Shown: positions 1 through 12,369 of the stretch, piece by piece
How positions within the stretch are numbered: the stretch's first letter is position 1
Layout: every line of letters begins with the position of its first letter
Origin: Chiloscyllium plagiosum
Lineage: Eukaryota
Assembly: GCF_004010195.1 (NCBI RefSeq)
Contig: NC_057719.1
Coordinates: forward strand, 70,792,692 to 70,845,494
Length of the DNA stretch: 52,803 nt
Direction: 5' to 3'
The notes under the pieces: model-generated
Database searches by the model: none
Told to the model about the DNA's origin: nothing
What the model saw: only the letters and a program-made list of their open reading frames with translations
Position numbers and translations under genes: made by a program

Positions 1-460
1 AGGAAATATATTATTAAGCTGGAGAGGGTTCAGAAGAGATTTACCAGGACATTGCTGGAATGGAGGGTGTGAGTTATAACGAGAGGCTGGATAGGCTGGG
101 ACTTTTTCACTGGAGTAGAAGAGATTTAGGGGTAACCTTACAAAGGTTCATACATTCATGGGGAGTATAGAAAAAGTGAAAAGCAGGTATCTTTTCCCTA
201 GACTGAGGGATTTCAAGGAGAGAGGACGTATTTTTAAGGTGAGAGGAGAAAGAATGAAAGAAGACATTTGTGAGTGGAATTAATTTCCAAAGGAAGTGGT
301 GGATATGGTTACAGTTACAATATTTAAAAACGTATTTGGATAAATACATGAATAAGAAATGTTTGAAGGGATATGGGCCAAGTGGAGGCAATTGGGACTA
401 GTTTAGTTTGGGATTATGGTCAGCATTGACTAGTTGGATCTAAGAGTGTGTTTCTCTGAT
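1..460 (+). mobile_element. CR1 LINE 3' end (ORF2 C-terminus and 3' UTR), decayed and cut by the window start
   Basis: The + strand translates to KLERVQKRFTRTL...SYNERLDRLGLF with frameshifts, the typical CR1 ORF2 C-terminus. It is homologous to 10990-11500 and 43575-44100. Confidence 0.9.
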
Positions 461-916
461 GCTATCACCCAAGAACCTTCTTTTGCGCTTTTACCATTAT
501 ATGATTCTTAAACTGCCTCCATGACAACAAAAAAAATCCAAAAATGCTTAAGTCAGCCTTCCCCCAGAAAAAGTTCCGATGCTATAAAATTTCCAATTAA
601 CAAAGAAGCAAATGAATCTTACCCATTCGGAGACCCTGAACAATGCCAGATCCTTTTTGTCATTTAAAATGGACCTGTCAGCAATTTAACTGGAAGAAAA
701 GATGTTGCATGACAGAGACCTGTACATATATTTTCATGAATTTATGATTGGTAATCCGGTTCTCTTTCATTTGGTTCTGGCTAAATCACTGCGTCCAAAT
801 TCCCAACATGATTCCCAGGAATGAATCTCTGTACCATGAGTACACTTCATAAACTCTGCCTTTCAGAGTGTTATATTAAAATTTCTACTGCTGGTGAGAT
901 AGCTCATGAGACATTT

Positions 917-1242
917 GCAATTGACTCTTCTGCAGATTAAACTGCGTGAGAATTCCGAGAAGCATGGCATTCCAACCGGGACTCGATCAACAAACACATT
1001 GACTTGAATCCCATTTACCACCCCCTGAGAAAAAGAACAGGAAATGAAATCACTACTGGAAATGACATCACCACAGTAAATGACATCACCAACCCAAGGA
1101 AACCTAAACGCATAAACAGAAAGCGAGCCATACCATCAGCGCTTCATCTGGAGGCTCACTGATGATGATGATGGTGATGAAACGTCTGAAAACAAACCTT
1201 CCAGCTCAGCAAGCAAACCTACATCCAGAACATTTTCATTAT
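917..1242 (+). mobile_element. Penelope-like element 3' fragment (GIY-YIG C-terminus and terminal repeat with degenerate hammerhead)
   Basis: It encodes REFREAWHSNRDSINKHIDLNPIYHPL, matching 49547-49626, followed by ctgatga...gaaacgtc at ~1159-1186. Candidate TSD tcatgagacattt (904-916) / tcatgacacattt (1243-1255). Confidence 0.85.
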
Positions 1243-1496
1243 TCATGACACATTTATAGTCATTTTTTGCTGATAAAATTTGAATTTGTCTTTTTTTTAT
1301 ATTTTGCTTACGGCTTTTACCATCTCAAACTTTTTTTGCTTTGCTATTACAGATATAACCAGTGACTCTAAATGTTTTAGCAGTTTGGACTATGAGACCA
1401 AGTCTCAGAATTCAAAACAGATAAACATTGGACATATGTTAATCAATAATTGTTTATGATTACATTTAAAATGCAGCTCAGTCAGAAATATTATGT

Positions 1497-1598
1497 AGGA
1501 ACAATTCTGATGAAGACTTATCTAGACCCAAAACATTAGCTTGCTCTCTCTCTATGGGTGCTGTTTGACCTGCTATGATCTCCAGCATTTGTTGTTTC
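1497..1598 (+). mobile_element. Short non-coding PLE-derived insert (degenerate hammerhead plus tail) with 14-bp TSD
   Basis: The insert reads ttctgatgaagac...ccaaaacattagc...tgacctgct...tccagcatttg. It is flanked by the direct repeat cagaaatattatgt at 1483-1496 and 1599-1612. Confidence 0.8.
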
Positions 1599-4500
1599 CA
1601 GAAATATTATGTGTTGGAATACAGTCAAGCTGATCTGTTTCAGATCAGAACTTCTTTTTTTCCAAGGATTCCAGTTACAAGAGGAGACCACAGAAAGGTT
1701 ATTAACCTACAAAGGAGAAAAACAGTGCAACTTTATGTGTGGCAGTTACAATAGTACATGAGTAGAGCATGGTATATATGTTTGTATTGGAAAAAGTGAT
1801 GCACAGATGCCTCAGAGTAAATGAGAAAATTCACTGATAAAAAGGAAAGTGAAGGTTTAAAGTATATGCTTATGAAAAATGTTTCTCATTATTTTTTCTG
1901 TTCCAGTTGATCATACACTAAAACCCTCTAGAAAATGACTGAGCTACGGTGATTACATATGGCTGCTTTCATCAATAATGATATGGCAGTTGCACTTTGA
2001 CAAATCGTCTGGTAGATTGGCTTGTTTTTTTTAAATCATGAGTCCTTCACATTGACAATGAGCCAACCTGACCTGATAAAATTGCTCATCTTGCCTGCCC
2101 CTAATGCAGAGATTCAAGAGGGGAGAGATGGCTGCCTGCTGCTCTCATCAATCAATGTTACCATGACATCTCTTTTTCCTCTGGAGACATTCCTGATCAT
2201 TCCAAAATAAAGGGAGCAAGGTGGTCTTCCGTATACATGACATGAATCACATTTCTGCTACTTGGTTGATATCTCTTTATAATCCTTCTGTTGAACTAGT
2301 GAGGAAACAAATAACAATGCACAACAGTCATGAGGAGTGCTGCCATATTCTAAAATAGAATGAGTAAAGAAACAGTCCAATGATTTTGGACTAAATTTAT
2401 GTGAAAAATGGCAATTGGCATGATGCAGAAATCTGTCCCCCCAGTTTCTTGAATCCTGAAACTCTGCCACATGCGTTGATCACCTTGGAATAAAATTTGC
2501 AGGAACCACAAGTGCTTGCTTGGTTTGTTTGGTATGGCTGAAAGACAGAATGAATTCATACCTGGTAACATTGGAACAATGTTGGAGGTTGTTACTATCA
2601 GACAGAATTCAAAAATGTTGCCATCAGATGCAATTACTTCATCTGAAAATGCAGAAGTCTGGAGATTGTTGAACATACTCCAACTACAGTGAAAATCTCA
2701 GTGAATTTCTCCTGAAGAGAAATAATGCAAGCAGTGACTTCAGTTGACTTGCTAACATGATTCGACAAACAATGCAGATGTGGTCAAACATTGTCAACCA
2801 TTGACATCCATTTCATTTTACCTTATTCAGCAACATCATAATGTTTTGTTGCGTTTCTAGATTGGGGTACATTACTGCAGTAAAGCCAACTTGAATTGTT
2901 ATTATTGAAACCTTAATGCCTGTGAAATAAATCTGTTGAGCTTTGGCAAGTTATTACAATTTGCAAATGAATTGAATCAAATTCCTGAGATGGAAATCCT
3001 GATGGAAAAAATGCATATCTGCCTTTGCCAATCTGTTACAATTTAGAGACAGTTTGAACTGAACAGTTGGCATTGTAACCTTGCATCTGTGAAAGAAATG
3101 GGCCTGCCTTTGCCAAGTTATTGCACATAGTAAATGTTTTGAACTTAACAATTAGAACCAAAACTGAATCAAAAGAAAGGTGCTGGTTCTGTCAAATGCA
3201 ATGTGGTTTTAGTCATTTTAAAACAAGTTACTTCAATTTCTCTAAGACTGAAAACCTTGGCTACTGCCATTTTCTAAGCTTTGTAAATTATTTTGAATGG
3301 ATAACTTAAATTTTCTGCCAGCAACAAATCGAACCTCCATCGATTATACTATCCATGCTTAAGGTAGGCACCTACAACTGGTACTTAGGATTGGTTGTTT
3401 TCATTGGATTTAATTAAAAAGGTGCTGCTGATAACATATTAAGCGTGCTATATATTTTGAGCTGTTCAATAAGCTTTTTGCATCTTGTTAAAGTCTCATT
3501 ATCTCAATTACTTAATCCTGCCCACTCACTGTTTTGAAAGTTCTGCTGTTTCAGATAATTCAGTGTATTTATTAAATGTCTTTCAGAACACGTGTTGCTG
3601 TTGCTGTGCAAATTGCATTTATGCCAACACTGCTGATGTACATCATGGGGTCAGTAAAGACAAATAACAGCACTTTACTTTCAATAGTTTGACTTTTTGA
3701 TCAATTATCAGAACTACTAGCTTTTTACAAAACTCAGTATTTCAACTATCTGCCCAACATCCTTAAATCATGTGTGTACCGATATTCAAGGGCAAAATGA
3801 AAACCGTTATCCACTATTTGCTCCTTCCTTCTCTCTCTCTCTTTAACCTGAAGAAACTAACTCCAGGAAGTGGCCAGTCTTGGCAAAGGAGTCTGAAATA
3901 TGTATCTGGTCATCAGCTTCAATGTGTAATAGAGCAAATGCCAGTTACAGGTATATAATCTAACATACTCTATCAAATATGATGGCAATGCCCTCTGAGT
4001 GTATAGTTGGCACCTCCCAAAGGCACCCATTTTAAGGCTGTGAAATTGGCAGAGCAATCCAATTACAAGACACAAACCAATGAACCACCAAGAGCTTTGA
4101 CAGCTTATTTTTTAACATTGCAGACAATTTACTTAGCATTCCCAAGACCCAGAGACACTAAATTCTGCTTATCTATGGACCTCTCCGATATCAAAATGAA
4201 GAGCATACAAAGGATAAGGGATTGGCGAGTCACAATAATAAATTTATCATTACCATTGTCACAGGAAACACAGGAGGTGGTTCGCATGAAGCAAAATACC
4301 TGTTTGGGCTGAATGGTTTGTGTCTTTGCTGTATATTAAAGAGATGGTACAACTGCATCCAAGGCTATTCCAAATTATTAAATTGCCACACCTTATTTAT
4401 TTAAATTTGCACAGATTATCAAACTAGAATATGACTCATGGGAGAAAAAAATACTGCTGTTTCATAACAATCATGTTACTTAGTAATGTGATTTCATTTA

Positions 4501-5096
4501 GAATCATTTTGGTGGATCATGAGGTATATATTTGTTTTGTTTTTGAAGTAATTGCATTGGGTACATGTTAGTTTGTTGTACATTTGATTTAATTTTCTTA
4601 ATTTATTCTGAAACTGCAACAGTCCCTTGTTGTAAACACATGCATATTTTTGCACCTGATGCAGTGTTTCTGCTTTGGGCTGTGAGTACTACAGAGCACA
4701 TTAATAATGCAAATGAAAGATTTGTTACCCACTGAATGTTCATTTTAATACTGCTTCAGAATGCCAGAAGAAAAGGCAGATACATATTTATACTCTCACT
4801 GGAAGAACACTGGAATGACTTCCTAAATTTCTTCACGTGGAAATTATTCTTGAATCCACAAATCAATGCCCAAGCAGGTAAACATTTAATGTATACCAGA
4901 AAAAAGGTTTGCAGATAAGGGGTGGAATTTCATCCCATGGTAGGACTCACTTAATTCTGAGATGCCCCACAACAATCTCTTATCAGTGGTAGCAAAACCT
5001 CCCCTAATTAAGTGGGAGAGTGGAAGTGGCTGACATTGGATTTCCTGTCTCTGAAATATCAGTTCGGCTCATTACTGAGCAAATTGATACACTGAG

Positions 5097-5221
5097 TTTA
5101 GATCAGAGTGGTGCTGGAAAAGCACAGCAGGTCAGGCAGCATCTAAGGAGCAGGAAAGTCAATGTTGCGGGCAAAGGCCTTTCATCAGGAATAGAAGCAG
5201 GGAGTTTCCAGGGTGGAGAGG
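5097..5221 (-). mobile_element. PLE terminal-repeat fragment (same family as 12308-12430)
   Basis: It aligns by eye to 12308-12430. The minus-strand core ctgatgaaaggcctttgcccgcaac has GAAA mutated. Confidence 0.8.
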
Positions 5222-5299
5222 TAAGGCTGAGGCCACCACAGTTCAGCGGTAGTCATGGATTAAATGGGAACCACACAGATTATCCGCACCACCCAACAC

Positions 5300-5432
5300 C
5301 ATTTGGGATCTTACTGTGTGCAAATTGATTGTGTGGTTTCCTACATTACAACAATGACACTAGCAAGAGGTTTCATTGTTAAGTGTTTGATGATGGGCTG
5401 ATGGCTTGAAAGGTGCTTAATAAATGCAAGCC
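5300..5432 (+). mobile_element. DeuSINE (SacSINE1/AmnSINE-like) 3' part, decayed
   Basis: gggatcttactgtgtgcaaattgattg...tttcctacattacaacaatgac...gaaaggtgcttaataaatgcaag resembles the Deu-domain end and tail as I recall them. Confidence 0.65.
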
Positions 5433-6563
5433 TGTCCTGTTAATAAAGGAAGACAAATGGTAACTCAAGTTAAATGATCACTTCCCCAGCACAAGGCAGC
5501 TGTTGCACTTTTTGTGCCACTCTGGGCTGACAGCTGATAACTTAGCACATGCTGAAGGTCAAAGTTCAGTACAACCTATGCTGTTTGACTCAGTAACACA
5601 GGGTATATTATATTTATCAGTGAAATATCAGTTTATTGGGAAGTAAAGCCTCCATTTTTTTTTTAGCTTAATAAATACCAAGCACAGTTGCTATTCATTC
5701 TATATTCACCTTATTTGTAATTTTCTAAAGCAGTAAAAGGTAGTTTCGAAAGCATTCAAAGTGATTTAAATCTATGGCCAACACACTGTCAAAATCAGCA
5801 ATGATTGACAGTAGTTTGAGATTTCTGCATTTTGTTTTGGATGGTGGAACATAATTAGATCCACCTTTATCAAACAGAATGTAACCTAAATTAGTGTTTT
5901 GTAAATATATTGTCACCTCAGCATTTGTAATTTGTGACTTTGATGAATTGCTGTCAAAGGAAAAGAGTTTAATCTGTAAGATCACCAGTGAAGATTCAAA
6001 ATGAAAAATTGTGAGGTCACTGTTCATTTGTAATTAGCACTGAAGCATAGAATTATAGGTCTATGGGTGATTTGTAATTGGTCTCCTATGAACAATAATT
6101 CAAAGTCATAAAGATCACCTGTCACCTTTGCCAGCATCTACTGCAAACATAATTTGTCAATACAAAGCTTGTTTCCTTGAATAGTCAGCAGGAAATCTGG
6201 AACAAGCTGTGAAGCTTCAGTAAGTAACAGTCCAATGGCGCAGCCCATTGACTCACCATTGCATTGCACCATTGTCAGTAAGATTGAAATACTGAGAGGG
6301 TATGAGATGGGCATCAGGATGCAGATGATGAATAACTGTAATGCAATTTGTGAGAAAGAAACAAAACAAAGTAAACTGAAAATACTTTATAACTTACCTG
6401 CTAATAAATAATTACAGAATGTCATTTGGAGAAATTCAGAGAAAATATGGATTACATAGAACTCTAAAACAGCAACCAATCAGTCACACTGGTCTAAGCC
6501 AAAGAATTGTATGGCACAGACTGAGGCCTTTTGACCCATCATATCAGCACTGGCTTTTAAAAG

Positions 6564-7591
6564 AAATCTTCTGCTTTCTCCCTATAACTCTACACATTGT
6601 TTCTATTTAAATAACAAACAATACCTTGTGAATATTTCAGTTAAACCTGCAGCACATTCCAGCCCTAACTACTCACTCTGTAAAAAACATTTTTCTTATC
6701 TTGCATTTGACTCTTTTCTCTATTCACTCTGTCCATGCCCATTGTGAGTTTGAAAATTTCTCACAAAGCTCCTCTTGATCTTCTCCACATCAGGCAGGCA
6801 GGAAGGAAAGGGTCGTGCGAGGGAGCCGTGGTTTAATAAGGAATTGGAATCCCTTGTTAAATGGAAGAGGGCGGCCTATCTCAAGATGAGACGTGAAGGT
6901 TCAATTGGGGCGATTGAGAGTTATAGGGTAGCCAGGAAGGACCTGAAGAGAGAGCTAAAAGCAGCAAGGAGGGGACACGAAAGGTCCTTAGTAGATAGGA
7001 TTAGGGAAAACCCTAAGGCTTTCTATAGGTATGTTAGGAATAAAAGAATGACTAGGGTAGGAAAGGGTCCAGTCAAGGATAGTAGTGGGAAGTTGCGTGT
7101 GGAGGCGGAAGAGATTGGGGAGACACTGAATGAATACTTTTCTTCAGTATTCACTCAGGAACAGGGCATTGTTGTCGATGAGAATACTGAGGCACAAATA
7201 AGTAGAATGGATGGCTTTGAGGTATGTAGAGAAGAGGTATTGGAAATCCTGGAAAAGGTGAAAATAGATAAGTCCCCTGGGCCTGATGGCATTTATCCTA
7301 GGATTCTCTGGGAAGCAAGGGAGGAGATTGCAGAGCCATTGGCCTTGATTTTTATGTCCTCAAATCTTCTGCTTTCTCCCTATAACTCTACACATTGTTT
7401 CTATTTAAATAACAAACAATACCTTGTGAATATTTCAGTTAAACCTGCAGCACATTCCAGCCCTAACTACTCACTCTGTAAAAAACATTTTTCTTATCTT
7501 TCATTTGACTCTTTTCTCTATTCACTCTGTCCATACCCATTGTGAGTTTGAAAATTTCTCACAAAGCTCCTCTTGATCTTCTCCACATCAG
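6564..7591 (+). repeat. 230-bp direct duplication (6564-6793 and 7362-7591) flanking the CR1 fragment
   Basis: Both copies run aaatcttctgctttctccc...ctccacatcag. I saw only 2 substitutions (ttgcatt/tttcatt and ccatgccc/ccataccc). Confidence 0.95.
6794..7361 (+). mobile_element. Internal fragment of a young CR1 ORF2 (endonuclease-RT linker), uninterrupted frame
   Basis: It encodes REPWFNKE...IRENPKAFYRYVRNKR...LNEYFSSVFTQE...KIDKSPGPDGIYPRILWEAREEIAEPL. There are no stops over ~189 codons and no 3' tail. Confidence 0.95.
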
Positions 7592-9754
7592 TGGAAACAA
7601 TCCCAACTTCTCTGATCTTTCCTCCAATCTGAAATCTTGGAACCATTCTCATGAACCTCTTTTGCGCTCTCTCCAATGCATTCACATCCTTTCTAAAATG
7701 TGGTGCCCAGAACTTTACGCAATACTCCAGTGTGGTCTAACTGGAGTATAAGTTCATCATAGTCTCCCTGCTCTTGTATTCTATGCCCCTATTTATAAAG
7801 CTTAAAAAAGCTGTATGCTTTATTAACAGCTTTCTCTATCCGTCATGCAATCTTTAATGGCTTAACTACTTATTCACCCAGGTCTCTCTGCTCATGCACA
7901 CCCTGTGAAATCGTACCAAGCAAGATGTTACTTTTAAATGAAGTAAATCTGTTTGTATAAACTATCCATTATCAAAACAGGTATATTACATTCTAAAAAT
8001 GTGCCCCTTACCAAATATGATGTTTGCCAAATAAGGAACAAATCACACATATGGAAAAGAAAGATGATACAGTATATAAATGCATGACAATGTTTGGAAC
8101 ATGGTATGATTTAAAGCATTGTGCGATGAACTCCACCTAGTGTACAACATTGAACAAATGCAAAAGCATTATTTCATCAAATCTTCAGACTGCAAAAATA
8201 ATAATGTACAATATGCAATGAAGTGAAAGCATGTGCAGAATTAATTGTGAAAACTTCTTATAGTTACCTCCAACAATGTTGATGACTATATAATGCATTG
8301 ACTGCCATTTGTAAACTTCTTGCATATACACTTATTTCCAGACAGATTGGCGGCACCATTTTCATTTTAGAAATTCAAATTCCTAACGGCACACTTTGCC
8401 AGAGGAACAGCATTAAGCATCCTCACTTCAGGTTCTCAAAAAATTAGAGAGTATAAACATATTGATGTTTCATTCTGTAAGGGAAACATGACATGAAGAG
8501 AAGACATTAATTTGGATCCAGTGATTTACTCAGAGAATACAGCCACAAAAAGGTTCCATGATTCTAACAAATGGCTCAATACACACTTTAAACATAACCT
8601 TTTTATATTTGTACTTACATATAGCAATAAAGCTATAAAAGCTAACCAAACTAAACAAGTGCATATAACATGGAGGATTAGCAATATTTAAACATTATTT
8701 TATTAACATAACCTAATGCCAACATTTTTTCTGATTCCCTTTATTTAAGTCTGCAAGGAAGTTTTCAATAGGTCCATAGTCCATGGATTGCACATTTTAT
8801 CAGTTCTTGCTGTAATTCAACCTGCACTTTCATTTTCTGAATTGAACCAAAATAGCTTCACATTTTGTGTCAAAAATGTCAAAGTTACTTCTTTGTGTGC
8901 CAGCAATTCATCTCTTTTCCATTCAAAATCCCTTTCAGCATTTTTTGGATTTTATCTCTGAATGTTTGGAGATCTTTTATTTTCTCTTGATTCCATTCAA
9001 AATGTGCCTAATTCAATTATCTCCAAGCATTGTCCAAGGTCTTCATTTAGGACTTTGATTTTCCTTTCCACCACTTTTGGCCTTCCAGGTAATTCATACA
9101 CCACATCCTTCCTATTGTTGTTTGTTGAATTGTTACTTGTTTTCCCTGCTGCCAACCTGTCTAGATTCCTCCTGTTGTATCCTGGGTCTCACCACTGGCA
9201 AGCACTCTTGGTCTGGTGTCAGGTTTTACTGACCCTTCAAGGTCACTTCGTGATTTCAATCTTTTCTACTGAAACAACTGATTTGGCAATTCTAAAACCC
9301 CTTGTACTGCTTCCGTACTGTCCATTACTGACATGGACATATTAGTACAACTACATGAAGCAATTCTTTACTTAATTGGACTGCACATCGACAAAGAGTT
9401 TATACTCTTCACAATTAGAGCACAGTTTTCCAGATGGTGGACAAACTATATAGCCTACCTTTTATGAATATATAAATCTAAACATTTAAGAGACAACTTA
9501 GGAACAATTCGAACAAGATTTCTTTATTGGAGAAACTTTTAAATGTTCTTACTGCAGTGGGAATGTTATTTACTTCCATAAACATCCTGTATTAACACAT
9601 TTTGATTTTGAAAATAGGCCCAAATTCTTTTCTGGCATAAGCTTTGAGCTGAACCTGCAACTCGCAGGATAACAATATTTTTGGAACCTTTCCTTTACAA
9701 AAATGTCAAGGACATCCTCTACAGATATAAATTCCGTATAAAACTAAAAGCAAT

Positions 9755-9872
9755 AAAAAGTAATACTGGCTGCTGTATATCTGAAATAAAACAAGAAAGT
9801 GCTGGAGAAACTCAGCTGAGCTGGTAGCATTGACAGAGAGTTTATGTTTCGAATCCAATTACTTCTTCAGTC
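9755..9872 (-). mobile_element. Old PLE terminal-repeat fragment
   Basis: gctg...ctgaaataaaacaagaaagtgctggagaaactcagc...gtttcgaatcc...cttcttcag has the same layout as the other PLE termini. Confidence 0.6.
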
Positions 9873-9899
9873 TTTCTTGTAAATCTCTGCATCCCCATC

Positions 9900-10740
9900 T
9901 ATTCTTACAATAAAAATAGTAGATGTAATGTGTTTCTCTCAAGCCCCACTGTCTGACGCAACTTTCCCTATAGAAATTCCTGCCACTTGCACCCATGCAC
10001 TATTAGTGTAAAATCCATTTCATTTACTGCTACTGTCTTTATTAAAGACTCATTAAGTATTCTTGGTTCTGCACTGATTATCATTCTATATTCTCTTTAA
10101 AGCCAGATATTGTCTAACCCTGTAGGTTTTCATATGACACCTCACAAATACTTTACTGTCTGTAAGAAATTTCGTATGCATCCGCCAGAGCCTCTAACTC
10201 TTTGACTTTAGATTCCTGACATGCTTATGAATAAGATGCTATTATGATTAGAAGGCAAGCCTGAATTCTTCCATATTATGATTTCCCTCACATTTTCAAA
10301 ATACCTCTATAAACAAAACCATTGATCCTATAAAGTATTTTTCCCTAACAAATTCAATAAATTTCTAACTTGTGTTCTCCTTTACTACCATAAACCTTGG
10401 TAAATTGGTATGGTTCAGGTACAAGTACATAGATGTTAAGTATCACAGTTTTAACTATCTCATAATCTGAAGATATTGTTCAAAAGACTATAATTAATCA
10501 CTTTACCAGTTGAGACATTTTGTAGCATAAGATTTCATGGGTTTTTTTGGGCATTTCAATTGTTTAACAACTATCTCACAACAAAGAAAATGTCCTGACC
10601 CATTCTTCCATAAGTTTAGGAATGGAATAAATATTCTCCTCGTCCTTCCTCTTCTGAATTACTAAACTCTCTTCCAATTATAACCTCAGCTTTTCTTTCT
10701 TCAACTCAAGCTTCCTGAACCTTTCTCTCACTGAAATTCT
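9900..10740 (-). mobile_element. Gypsy LTR retrotransposon gag relic (Gmr1-like, SCAN-related capsid region)
   Basis: The minus strand gives SSDYEIVKTVILNIYVLVPEPYQ, resembling the DYxxVKxAILxAYELVPEAYRQ motif of Gmr1-clade gag, with many stops and frameshifts. It may continue to ~8470. Confidence 0.7.
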
Positions 10741-10745
10741 TACCA

Positions 10746-10988
10746 GCGCTAGCGACCAAGTTCAATTCTAGCCTTGGGTGGCTGTCTGTGTGGAATTTGC
10801 AGGTTGTACATGCTAGGTGAATTGGCTGTGCTAAATTGCCCATTGTGTTCAGGGATGTGTAGGTTAGGTGCATTAGTCAGGGGTAAATGTAGGATAATAC
10901 GGTAGGGGAATGGGCCTAGGTGGTTTACTCTTCAGAGGGTCGGTGTAGACTTGTTGGGCCAAAGGACCTGTTTCCACACTGAAATGAT
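10746..10988 (+). mobile_element. HE1-type V-SINE, 5'-truncated
   Basis: It has a B-box remnant (agttcaattc), a V-domain start (ctgtctgtgtggaatttgca) and a CR1-like tail (ttgggccaaaggacctgtttccacactg). It is similar to 20263-20541. Confidence 0.85.
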
Positions 10989-12369
10989 TAGAGTCATCGA
11001 GATGTACAGCATGGAAGCAGACCCTTCGGTCCAACTTGTCCATGCCGACTGGATATTCCAACCCAATCTGCCACCTGCCAGCACCTGGCCCATATTCCTC
11101 CAAACCCTTCCTGTTCATATATCCATCCAGATGCCTTTTAAATGTTGCAATTGCATCAGCCTCCACCACATCCTCTGGCAGCTCATTCCGTACATGTACC
11201 ACCCTCTGAGTGAAAACGTTGCCCTTTAGGTCTCTTTTTTATCTTTCCCCTCTCACACTAAACCTATGCCCTCTAGTTCTGGACTCCCCGACCCCAGAGA
11301 AAAGACTTTGTCTATTTACCCTATCCATGCCCCTCAGGATTTAATAAACCTCTAAAAGGTCACCCCTCAGCCTCCGATGCTCCAGGGAAAACAGCACTTG
11401 CCTATTCAACCTCTCCCTATCACTCAAATTCTCCAATCCTGGCAACATCCTTGTAAGTCTTTTCTGAACCCTTTCAAGTTTCACAATATCTTTCCAATAG
11501 GAAGGAGACCAGAATTGCACGCAATATTCCAACAGTGGCCTAACCAATGTCTTGTAAAGCAGCAACATGACCTCCCAACTCCTGTACTCAATACTCTGAC
11601 CAATAAAGGAAAGCATACCAAATACCTTCTTCACTATCCTATCTACCTGCGACTCCACTTTCAAGGAGCTATGAACCTGCACTCCAAGGTCTCTTTGGTC
11701 AGCAACACTCCCAAGGATCTTATCATTAAGTGTCTAAGTCCTGCTATGCTCACATCCAAATCATTTATATAAATGATGAAAAGTAATGGCCCAGCACTGA
11801 TCGTTGTGGCACTCCACTGGTCACAGACCTCCAGTCTGAAAAACAACTCTCCTCCACCACCTTCTGTCTTTTACCTTTGAGCCAGTTCTGAATCCAAATG
11901 GCTAGTTCTCTCTGTATTCCATGAGAGCTAACCTTGCTCACCAGTCTTCCATGGAGAACCTTGTCGAACGCCTTACTGAAGTCCACATAGATCACATCTA
12001 CTGCTCTGCCCTTATAAATCTTCTTTGTTACTTTTTCAAAAAACTCAGTCAAGTTTGTGAGACATGATTTCCCATGCACAAAGCCATGTTGACTATCCCT
12101 AATCAGTCATTGCCTTTCCAAATACATGTCCATCCTGTCCCTCTGGATTCCCTCCAACAATGTGGCCACCACTAACGTCAGGCTCACCGGTCTATAGTTC
12201 CCTGGTTTGTCCTTGCCACCTTTCTTAAAAAGTGGTACCGCATTAACCAACCTCCAGTCTCCACACCTCACTTGTGACTATCGATAATACAAATATCTCA
12301 GTAAGAGTCTGGATCAGCGGTGCTGGAAGAGCACAGCAATTCAGGCAGCATCCAACGAGCAGTGAAATC

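Larger units (their letters stand above)
6505..7915 (-). mobile_element. Old CR1 LINE 3' end, interrupted by a younger CR1 fragment and a 230-bp duplication
   Basis: The minus strand at ~7685-7742 reads VRPHWSIA / LEYCVKFWAPHFRKD (CR1 ORF2 C-terminal motif). A CR1-type 3' UTR lies at ~6505-6556. Confidence 0.75.

Noticed and set aside
1047..1092. Repeated aaatgacatcacca units as a CRISPR-like array
   Set aside because: There are only about three short tandem units without unique spacers, inside a PLE 3' region of a eukaryotic genome.
6775..7545. 256-aa ORF as a functional gene
   Set aside because: It is a chimera of a CR1 ORF2 fragment and antisense old-CR1 sequence, with a non-ATG start and no catalytic domain.
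8268..8434. EGF-like exon (NKCICKKFTNGSQC) on the minus strand
   Set aside because: The frame has stops on both sides, the acceptor is a weak GAG, and the 167-bp length does not phase with neighbouring candidates.
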